Source: Chiloscyllium plagiosum (lineage: Eukaryota). From it: a stretch of DNA of 64,000 nt. Positions within the stretch are counted from its first letter, which is position 1. Each line of letters begins with the position of its first letter. The DNA lies in assembly GCF_004010195.1 (NCBI RefSeq), contig NW_025215340.1, forward strand, positions 24,170-88,169, given 5' to 3'. Both the position numbers and the translations under genes were made by a program. Shown here piece after piece: positions 38,901-50,900 of the stretch. The notes beneath the pieces were generated by a model. It was not told the origin of the DNA, did no database searches, and saw nothing but the letters and a program-made list of their open reading frames with translations.

Positions 38901-41900
38901 CATCGGATTGCTCTCAAAACAAATAAATCTGGGTACTCAGATTCTCCAAAGGCCATCACTCTTCTTTATCTCTATATTGTGGATCCTGCATAAAGATCAT
39001 ATGTAATGCCAAGCTTAACCAAAGTTTAAATTAAAATTGCTCCTTGATTGGTAACTCCTATCAGCTGCTTGGAGGATATCTCACATGATAACCCAAAATT
39101 TCCAATTTCTGATAAAGTACAAACTAGCTCCCATGTTTTCCAGCTATCTCTGCAGCTTGTTCTGCAAAGATCATGAGGACCACAAAATTGGGGATTCCAC
39201 TGGTTATGTGTGCATTTTTCTGTTGCAAAACGACAAATGAATTAAGTGGCATTAACTTTCCTTGCTAAAGATACAAATCCCCATTGCTGTGACTACCCAT
39301 GTGCAGTAAGTGAAAGAAGAATGTGGTATTGGGGTAATTGTGAGTGTAATTCAGCAATTCAGTTTCTGTTTGAATTGTGACCTCTGGCAGATGGGAGGGG
39401 CAGCAATACCCCACTGCAAGTAGAGTGAAGTCCTGTGAAGTGAGAAACAAATGAGAAAGATGGATGGCACTCAATATTTTATGTTATATCCTAGAACAGA
39501 GACAAATTAACTACACTGAGTGAAATAAATTGAGGCATTAAGCATTTAGTGTACAGTGGCACTTATGTTTGAAATGTGCAAGAGATCATTCTTTGTTTGT
39601 AGTATTGTAGCCAGTCTCATGCCTGGGCACCAGTACCAGTACTACAGTTCATCCACTTCACCAACACCTTCCACCCCGACCTCAAATTCACCTGGACAGT
39701 CTCAGATTCCTCCCTCCCCTTCCTCGACCTTTCTATTTCCATCTCAGGCGACCGAATCAACACGAACATCTACTACAAACCGACCGACTCCCACAGCTAC
39801 CTGGACTACACCTCCTCCCATCCTGCCCCCTGTAAAAACGCCATCCCATTCTCCCAATTCCTTTGACTCCGCCGCATCTGCTCCCAGGAGGACCAGTTCC
39901 AAAAACGCACAACCCAGATGGCCTCCTTCTTCAAGGACCGCAATTTCCCTCCCGTCGTGGTCGACGATGCCCTCCACCGCATCTCTTCCACTTCCCCCTC
40001 CCACTCCACCAAGGATATGCAGGTCAGACCACAACAAAACGACGGTTGGAGGAAGAACGCCTCATCTTCCGGCTAGGAACCCTCCAACCACAAGGGATGA
40101 ACTCGGATTTCACCAGTTTCCTCATTTCCCCTCCCCCCTGTCTCAGTCAAATCCATCAAATTCAGCACCGCCTTCCTAACCTGCAATCTTCTTCCCGCCC
40201 TCCCAGCCCCCACCCCAGTCTGACCTATCACCCTCACCTTGACCTCTTTCCACCTATCACATTTCCGACGCCCCTCTCCCAAATCCCTCCTCCCTACCTT
40301 TTATCTTAGCCTGCTGGACAAACTTTCCCCATTCCTGAAGAAGGGCTTATGCCCGAAACGTCGATTCTCCTGTTCCCTGGATGCTGCCTGACCTGCTGCG
40401 CTTTTCCAGCAACACATTTCCAGCACCAGTACTAACTGATGACTGTAACCACCTCAGTCCATGCGTCACTCCTGTGCTAAAGATTGGTCTGCAGTATCAA
40501 GCCTGATGATGTGACGCTAAAGCTTCCTGTCTTGTCTCAGGTACGTTCAAGGTTCAGTCGGGGTCCACAGATTTTTCTTGGTTGATAAGAGTGAAATTTA
40601 GGGGAGGTGATGCCTTTGTGATAATGTCACTGGGCTGTTATTCCAAAGATCCAGGAAATGACCCAGGTATGAATCCTGACTCGAATAGCGGAATTTAAGT
40701 TCAAAAATAAGAAACAAAGCTGGAATTAATGATGACCAGGAATGAATTGTCAATTGTCAGAAAAACCTATCTGGTTCATTAAGCCACTTGCCATGAAGGT
40801 TTTTCCTTTAAACCACACAAAAAGACTTGAACAAAATTGCACAAAAAAATCCACCCTGACCCCATGTGGATGTTCTCCTACTTTTTGAGTCCAGCTTCAC
40901 ACTTATGCTCAGAAATGAAAATTCCACCTGTGGAGTCTGACTCAGTAATGGGATTAATTGTCAGATCAACTGGCCAAACACACACATATGCAAAAAACTT
41001 GCCATCAAACTAAAAGTAGTAAGGTAGTATGCAGAATATTGGATTGAAGTTAGCAGCACAGGACATGCCTGTAATGATAAATGACTCGGAAGAGTAAAGT
41101 TACACCAGTACCAAGAGGTGAGTTTGTGTAATTGGTTATTTATTTTGATGTGACAACAAACAATGCAGGTGAGATTAAATATCACCACTGATTTATAGTT
41201 TTCATGCAAAATAACCCTGTTTGTGTTTCATAATTAACATCGGTTTATTGGAATGCTCAGCAATTCCATGTCCGAACATAAGAAAAAAGCAAGCATTTGA
41301 GATTACAGTATCCAGTACACACAACAAGGACTTCCATTGTTCGAACCTACATGTCTTACAATTGCATGATAATGTATTAGATGGAAACAGTAAATTACTG
41401 ATTGTAAGTGATGTTGAGACAATTATAGGAGGTTGACAATGCTGAACTGAAGGGATTTTCTAAAGTAGATCATCAGGACAAAAGCATCATTTTTACAGAA
41501 GAGAGAAAAAGATGATTGTAGTTTTCCCAAATGTGAAGGTACAAGGCTCATTTTACATTTTTAAAGAAAGATTTCATCCTTGGACATGGTGACATATTTC
41601 ACCTTTTAGAATGTATTGCAATTCAATCTAATTGAAATCAAAACTATTCATTTTGTTTACAAAACCCTTAAATTATAAAATTAACTAGCTCTCATTAGCT
41701 TTATAATATATTTTGATTGCATTTAAATTTGACAACATCCCTTAATAGCACATGGGAATTGTTTGAATACCAAAGTATAGGTAAAATTATCATTGAACTT
41801 TTACCAGCCTATTATTTGTTGCATTTCTGTTCTCTTTACATTGACCTGTCAATCGTACAAACAGGATTAGTAAACTAGAAATAGTTTTACTTATTTGAAG

Positions 41901-44900
41901 ACTTGAACTCATATATATTCTCCCCGTGTCTGCGTGGGTTTCCTCCGGGTGCTCCGGTTTCCTCCCACAGTCCAAAGATGTGCAGGGCCAGGTGAATTGG
42001 CCATGCTAAATTGCCCGTAGTGTTAGGTAAGGGGTAAATGTAGGGGTAGGGGTATGGGTGGGTTCGCTTCGGCGGGTCGGTGTGGACTTGTTGGGCCGAA
42101 GGGCCTGTTTCCACACTGTAATGTAATCTAATCTAATGTAATCTAATCTAATCTAATATTTGTTTGTTACGGAATAGCTCAGAAAGTCAGGCTACTCTCA
42201 GGGATCACCACGTGCAACATATCAATAACAACTAAAAAATAATGCTGCTTTAGATCCTGGTAGTATGACAACATTTGTGTTCAGAAGCATTAAAACAGGT
42301 GCAGGAGTAGGCCATTTGGCCTTTTGAGCCTGTATCATCATTCAATATGATCATGGGTGATCATGCAATTTCAGTACCCGACTCCCGCTTTCTCTCCAGA
42401 CCCCCTGAACCATTTAGCCACAAGGGCCAAGACCAGCTCCCCTCGTGAATATATCGAACAAACTGGCCTCTGTGGTAGAGAATTCCACAGGTTCACAATT
42501 CTGAGTGAAGAAATTCTTCTTCATTTCAGTCCTGAATGGCTTACTCCTTTTTTCTTCCCCAATGTCAGGAACATTCTTTCTGCATCTAGCCTGTCCAGTC
42601 CAATCAAATAAGGATTTTATATGTTTTTGTGAGAATCCCTTATTCTCCTAAATTCCAGTGAATACAAGCCCAATCGATACAATCTTTCTTTCTGTTAGTC
42701 CTGTTATTCAAGGAATCAGTCTGGTGAACCTTTGCCGAACCTCCTCAAATAGCAAGAATGTCCTTCCTCAGACTAGGAGACCAAAACTGCCACAATAGTC
42801 AGGGTGTACTCGTCAAGGCCTGGAATAAGTGCAACAAGACACTCCTATACTCAAAATTCTCTTGCTATGAAGGTCAGCATGCCAATAACTTTCTTCACTG
42901 CCTGCTGCACCTGCCTGCCAATATTTAATGACCGTTCAACTATGACACCCAGGTCTCATTATGCCTCATCTTTTCCTAAACTGTCATCGTTCAGATAATA
43001 ATCTGCCTTCCTATTTCTACCAGCGAAGTAGATAACCTCACATTTATCCGTATTATAATGCATTTGTCAAGTATTCACCCATTCAAACAGCTTGTCCAAG
43101 TCACCTTGCCATCGCTTACCCGGTTTAGTGTCGTTTTCAAAATTTGGAGATACTGCATTCAATTCTTTTGTTCAAATTATAATGCATGCTGTAAACAGCT
43201 GGGGTCCCAGCACTGATTCCTACAGGACCCCACTTGCCACGGCCAAGCACTCTAAAAAGGACCTGACTATTCCAACTATCTGCTTCGTGTCTGCCAACTA
43301 GTTCTCTATCCATGTCAATACATTAACTCCAATACCATGAACTAAATGGTATAAGATTCATAATATTAATTTCTATTATAAAGTTAGTTACGTGCAAAGT
43401 TTTAAATTTACCTCTACTGTTAGTACCCTTTACCTAATGACTTGCAAGCATTAGGTTGTTCTTCCAGGATATGCTAGGCAAGATTAACTGTCACATCTAT
43501 ATTTGAATCTTTTCCCCTAATGCGTTTTAGTCATCAATGTATCATGTTGTGTGTTTGCATCTATAATTACATTGGAATCTATAATTATCTGAAGAATCTT
43601 TAACTAGAACCTATTTCTTAATATTGCAAATAAAAAACTAATTACTGCAAAATAATTTTAGCTGCTGCTTTCACAACTGTATGATGAGTTAGGCTGACTA
43701 TCTTCTGGACCGACATTTATTATTCTTATTGTTGCTGATTCTTTTCAGCCATTAGGACAACATCCTTTCATTAATGAGGTTGGAATCAATCACTTGTCAT
43801 AGTTTAATTAACTTGTTTGATCTCTCAGATTTTTATGAGCCACAACCCCACTCGTTCATCTGTGCTTGTTAGGGCAGAAGTTTATCTGCTCCTCCTATGT
43901 TTGTTGCAAATCTTCAGACTGTTTTTCCTTGGCTATTTCTTAATATGACTGTCGGTACCAACACCCCTTCCAACTGTATGTACACATAATGATCCCTTTT
44001 GCCTCAGAATAACTCCTTCATAAAGGCACCATTGTTTTAGTTAAATGCTGGAGCATGCTTTTAATTCTGTTTTAAATGCTTTGTCAGCCATTTTGTATCT
44101 CTCAAATATGGATAGCTCCATAATATAGTAGAATTCTTGCACCACAAGGTCGCCAATTAATCCTCTCTCATTTCACAGTACCCAGTCTGGGATGACCTGC
44201 TCTCTAGTTTGTTCCTTGACATAATAGTCAAGGAAACGATCCCTCATACATTTCAAGAAATCCACCTCCATCGCATTGCTCCCAGTTTGGTTAGTCCAAT
44301 CTATATGCAGATTGATGTCACTCATAATAACTGCTGTACCCTTACTGTGTTCATCTCTAATTTCCTGTTTGATGCCATCTCCAACCTTACAAGGACTATT
44401 TGGTGTTTTGCACAAACTCCCACTTTTTTTTTCCCCCATTGGTGTTCTGCAATTCCACCCATACAGATTCCACATTGTCCATACTAATGTCCTTCCTTGC
44501 TATTGTGTTAAAGTACTCCTTAACCAGCAATGCTACCTCACCTCCCTTTCCTTTCTTTCATTCCTGAATATTGAATACTCCTGGATGTTGAGTTTTCATC
44601 CTTGGTCACTCTGGAGCCAGACCTCCATGATCCAAATTGCTTCATATCTATTAATAACTGGCTGCACAGTTAATTCATTTGATGAAGGGCTTTTGCCCGA
44701 AACGTCGATTTTCCTGCTCCTCAGATGCCGCCTGACCTGCCGTGCTTTTCCAGCACCACTCTAATCCAATTAATTCATCTCTCTAATCACAAATTTTCTT
44801 TGCATTGAGACACAGAGCCCTTCGGCTGTTTTTTGACATTTTTGCCTTTTTACAATTATGATTTAATGTGACTTTCTTGATTTTTTTGTCTTTTGTTTCT

Positions 44901-47900
44901 CTGCTTTCCACTTTTTCCCTTGCTACTCTTCTGGCCCCAATTTAATTCCCTGTGACTCCTTGCAATAGTTTCCATCCTCCTGTCATACTAATTTAAACTT
45001 CATTGTAATTCAATGTGGTATGATGGTCACAGGCTTCCAGTCACAAAAAGCACCCTATGTCCAGTGACAAATCACAAGGTTCAGTGCTGGATCCCTTGCT
45101 GATTGTAATGTACATTAATGATTTAGACATGAATGTAGGGGGCAGTGACAATCATGCAGGATAGGTAAGCTCACACATGGTATGAAAATTGAAGATGTGG
45201 TGAATAGGACAACCTTAGACTTCAGGTCAATATAAAAGGCTGGTCAGATGGGTTGAATGGTGGCAAATGAAATTTTTGAATTCCTACAGTGTGGAAACAG
45301 ACCCTTCAGCCCAGCAAGTCCACACTGACCCTCCAAAGCGTATCCCACCCAAACCCATTCCCAAATGACTCTACATTTACCTCGACTAATGCTCCTAACC
45401 TACACATCCCTGAACACAATGGACAATTTAGCATAGCCAATTCACCTAACCCGCCCATCTTTGGATTGTGGGAGGAAACCGGAGCACCCAGAGGGGGGCC
45501 CATGCAGACACGTGGAGAATGTGCAAACTCCACACAGGCGGTCACCCGAGGCTGGAATCAAACCCGGGTCCCTGGCGCTGTGAGGCAGCAATGCTAACCA
45601 CTGAGCCACTATGCTGCTGGCCAGATGAACATAGTGAGGGGATACATGTCAAATGATAGGAACCTAGGATGTGTATAAAATCAGAGGATGGATGAATGAA
45701 TGAATAATATTATTATCACGTACTTCACAGTGATGAAAAACAGTAAAATACAAGAAAAACCTGTTCCACTGTCATTTGATCTAGCGCCATTTTGAATAGT
45801 TTAAGGATAAGAAAATGAACAGCAAGATATAGCTTGAAGAAACTCCATCATGCCTGAGCCAGCTCATCTTCAGAGATGCCTGCGCCACAATTCCACCTCC
45901 ACTGCCTCGCTGCCATCTACACCAGACTCAACCAATGTTGAAGTCATCACTCTTCAGCTGTCATCTTCCGCTGCTAGGCTGATTCTCCTCCATTACCTCC
46001 ACATCACCACCAAAGCCAGAAATGTCAGAACCAAACCTCTCACCACTGGGCTCATCTTGTTGACGTTGGCCTTCCACCGTTGCTTCACCGCCTCCAGAGC
46101 TGGACCAACCAACGACGAAGTTGCCGATTATCAGGTGCCAGCTCTTGCCACTGAGTCTACCAAGCCAACATTACCTCTGCCAATGTAGCAACTGCTAATT
46201 ACAATGCCATGTTCATGCTCACCCCAAAATGTATGTAAGGGCTTACTAGAGTATGCCCTGGGCTCAGTTGCTGCCAACATGTGTTCTACCTGGGCCCCCT
46301 TGGATCAGCACTGGGCTCACTCACTGCTGCCATGACTCTGCATTGGGATCCCTTGCCACTGCTGATGCTGTTCAAGTAAGTAAAGAGAAAAAAAAAATGA
46401 GAAAAATGGAGAGAAGAGAAAAAAATAGCAGAGTGCTTAAACGTCATCCTCAGAAGTCTTGATGATGAGTTCTGCCTCTGGAGGTTGACCAGATAGATTC
46501 CTGGGATGGCAGAGCTGATAAGTGAGGAAAAGCTAGGGGGCAAACCTATAAAATTCTCAAAGGACTGGGTGAATACAAGAAGGATGTTCCCAAAAACTAG
46601 GAAGTCCAGAACCAGAAGTTACAGTTAAAGGATACAGTGCAGGCCATTCAGGACTGGGATGAAGAGTGGATTTTCATTTGGAGTGGATTGAACTTGTGGA
46701 ATTCTCTACAACAAAAATCTGTTCAAGTCAAAACAATCAGTATTTTCAAGAAGGAACTTTTTAGGACTAAAGAGATCAAGGGGTATGAGGTGAAAGCAGG
46801 AAAGGATACTAAGTCAAATGATCACGCACGATCACACCAAAAGGTGAAGCACAATCAAAGGGCCAAATGACCTACTCTGTTGCTAGTGCTGTTTCTTTGG
46901 AACTTATTGCCCAAGAGAGTGACAGAGCTGAGAATCTTCAAGACTTTTAAGTACTATTTAAATGAGAAATGGAAACGCACTCGAGGCCAAGTACTGGAAA
47001 ACGAGTCATATTGGGCACTCTCGTGACTTGGGCAATTACTGAGCTCAATATGCAAAGAACAGTATATGGACATGCCTCAAGAAATGATGCTGGATTGCAA
47101 TTCTGTTGAAATTAACATTTAGTTTCCTCCATAGTCATTCTTTCCTAATGTGTGAAAATTGCACACCTATTTTCTTTCCTCATACCTTTAAAACTCAAAT
47201 GTATACTAAAGGTTGTGTAAAAAAGTTTAAAAAGTTTGATTATTATCTTCTGATTTACTTTATATTCCCTTTAAATTTGCAAATCAATTGGTATCCTTCA
47301 TGACAAATCTAAGCTTTTCACAATCAGCATTGCAATTTAGTAATTAAATCTAGGAAGTAGCTTGATAAAAAACAAAATGATTAAAACTAAACAATTCCAT
47401 TCAGGCTTTGACTTCAGTTTAACTCAATTTATTTCTATTCAGCATCAATCCGACATTATATATTGTTTTTAAAGCATCTTTCCTGTAAATAAGACAATAT
47501 TGTAACTTTCTGATTATCTCATTTTGCTTTGAAACCTGTACGAAAAGATTAAGATGGATAGATTTAGTGGATTAAGATCATGTTGATACATGTTACCATG
47601 GCAGTTGTCCATCCATTAATTTTAAACAAAGTAAATATCAAATAACTGAAAAAATAAAGTACCTTAAAACATACAGAAACAATTTCAGAAGTATATAATC
47701 AAGTATGTAAAACCAGAGCGACACAAAAGAAAAAAATGATTTAACTTACTCTGAAACATGCCCAGGTGTCAGGGAGCCTAGGAATCCACATGGAGCACCA
47801 AGTAATGCCAGAACTGTGCATGAATTGGAAGCATTCCCACCCCGTTGCCATATCTGAGACAGACATCTAAAAATTAAATTCACGTGAGATAGCTTTGGCT

Positions 47901-50900
47901 GAGAAGACTAGGGTGAATCCAAAGAAATTCTTTCAGTATATTAAAGGAAAATGAACATATTGAGTATATTACGTGTATTAAGTGTAATATATTAAAGCAT
48001 ATTAAAGGAAAAAAGAATAACTAGAGAGAGAGTAGGACCCCTCAAGGACCAAAGTGGACATGTATGGAACTGCAGGAGATGGATGAGGTCCTTGACGAAT
48101 ATTTCTCCTGTGTTTACCGTGAAGAAAGACATGAAGATGTGGAAACTTGAGAAAGTTAGTGGTGATATCCCGGGGACAGTCCATATTACATTACAGGATC
48201 TATGAAGGTGGATAAGTCTCCTGGCCTGAACCAGGTATATCTAAGAACTAGAAAAGAAATTGTGGGGCCTCTAACAATATTTGCATCATTGTTAGCCACA
48301 GGTGAGGTCACAGAAGAATAGCTACATCGTGGACAGTGAAGAAGGTTCTCAGAAGTTGCAGCAGAATCTTGATCAGCTGGTAAACTGGGCCAAGAAATGG
48401 CAAGTGGAGATTAATACAGATAAGTGCGAGATCTTGCATTTTGGAAAGTTAAATCAATTTCATGGTGAGTGGTAGAGACCTAAGGAGTATAGCGGAAGAC
48501 GGATCTTGGAGTTTCGATGCTCAGTTCTCCGAAAGTAGTCATAGGTAGACAGGGCAGTGAAGAAGGCTCCTTGGCACACTGGCCTTCATCAGTTAGGCAC
48601 TGAAAAGTTATGTTGCAGTTATACAGGACGTTATACAGGCCAATTTTGACGGTATTAGGCAAGAGTGTTCAAAAGCTGATGGGGGGGGGAGATGTTTGCA
48701 TGTAAAGGGACGGCTGGAAAATGGGAAGTCTTCAGAAATGAGTTTACGAGAATCCAAAGAAAGTATATTCCTGTTAGGATGAAAGGAATGGCTGGGAGGT
48801 ATGGGGAATGCTGGATGACTAAAGAAATGGAGGATTTGGTTATGAAAGAGAAGGAAGCATATGTCAGGTATAACAGGATAGATCGAGTGAATCCTTAGAA
48901 GAGTATAAAGGTAGTAGGAGTATACTTAAGAGGGAAATCAGGAGGGCAAAAATGGAACATGAGATAGCTATGGCAAATAGAATTAAGGAAAATACATTAC
49001 GGACAAATGGGTAACTAGAGAGAGAATAGGGCCCCTCAAAGATCAGCAAAGCGGCCTTTGTGTGGAGCCACAGAAAATGGGGGAGATACTAAACAAGTAT
49101 TTTGCATCAGTATTTACTGTGGAAAAGGATATGGAAGATATAGAATGTAGGGAATAGATGGTAACACCTCGAAAAATGTCCATACTACAGAGGAGGAAGT
49201 GTTGAAATGCATAAAGGTGGATAAATACCCAGGACCTGATCAGGTGTACCCTGAAACTCTGTAGGAAGCTAAAGAAGTGATTGCAGGGCCTCTTGCTGAG
49301 ATATTTGTATCATCAACAGTCACAGGTGAGGTGCTGGAAGACTGGAGGTTGGCTAATATGGTGCCACTGCTTAAGAAGGGTGGCAAGGACAAGCCAGGGA
49401 CTATAGACCAGTGAGCCTGATGTTAGTGGTGGGCAAGTTGTTGGAGGAAATCCTGAGGGACAGGATGTACATGTATTTGAAAAGGCAAGGACTGATTAAG
49501 GATAGTCAACATGGCTTTGTGTGTGGGAAATTATGTCTCACAAACTTGATTGAGTTTTTTGAAGAAGTAACAACGAAGATTGATGAGGGCAGAGCAGTAG
49601 ATGTGATCTATATGGACTTCAGTAAGACGTTCGACAAGGTTCCCCATGGGAGACTGATTAGCAAGGTTAGATCTCACGGAATACAGGGAGAACTAGCCAT
49701 TTGGATACAGAACTGGCTCAAAGGTAGAAGACAGAGGGTGGTGGTGGAGGGTTGTTTTTCAGACTGGAGGCNNNNNNNNNNNNNNNNNNNNNNNNNNNNN
49801 NNNNNNNNNNNNNNNNNNNNNNNNNNNNNNNNNNNNNNNNNNNNNNNNNNNNNNNNNNNNNNNNNNNNNNNNNNNNNNNNNNNNNNNNNNNNNNNNNNNN
49901 NNNNNNNNNNNNNNNNNNNNNNNNNNNNNNNNNNNNNNNNNNNNNNNNNNNNNNNNNNNNNNNNNNNNNNNNNNNNNNNNNNNNNNNNNNNNNNNNNNNN
50001 NNNNNTAGAGGTTTACAAAATTATGAGGGGCATGGATAGTGTAAATAGGCAAAGTCTTTTCCCTGGGGTCGGGGAGTCCAGAACTGGAGGCCACAGGTTT
50101 AGGGTAAGAGGGGAAAGATATAAAAGAGACCGAAGGAGCAACTTTTTCACACAGAGGGTGGTACGTATATGGAATGAGCTGCCAGAGGAAGTGGTTGAGG
50201 CTGGTACAATTGTAACATTTAAAAGGCATTTAAAAGGTATATGAATAGGAAAGGTTTAAGAGGGATATGGGCTGGGTGCTGGCAGGTGGGACTACATTGG
50301 TTGGGATATCTGGTCGATGTGGACAGGTTGGACTGAAGGATCTGTTTCCATGCTGTACTCTATGGCGTTGAAGAGACTGCACTTGGAGTATTGTCAGGAC
50401 TCAAGGGGCTGAACTATAGGAAGAGGTTGGACAAACTAGGACTTTTCCTTTGCAGGAGTCTGAGTGGGATCTTCTAGAAGTGGATAAGACCATGAGAGGC
50501 ATGGATGGAGTAAATGCACTCAGTCTTTTTTCCCAGGATTGGGGTATTGAGGATGAGAAGGCATCAGTTTAAAGTAAGATAGGTGAGAAGCAAGATGGAC
50601 ATGTAGGACAGGGCACGCGGGCGGTGCTGAGTTGGAAGGTTGGAACTGGGATGAGGAGGAGGGAGGGGAAATGAGGAAACTGGTGAAGTCTATATTGATG
50701 CCATGTGAATGGAAGGTTTCAAGGGTGAAAATGAGGCATTCTTCCTCCAGGAGTCAGGTGGTAAGGGTTTGGCAACGGAAGTCGCTCAGGACCTGCAGGT
50801 CCTTGGCAGAGTGGGACAGGGAGTTGATGGTTCGGCCACGGAGCAGTGGGGTTGGTTGGTGCGGTGGTGCACTTCAGAGATTATCTCTGGGACACCCGCA

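Noticed and set aside
39556..40309. Pro/Ser/Thr-rich ORFs of 207 and 148 aa as host genes
   Set aside because: These are alternative or partial frames of the C-rich Penelope element.
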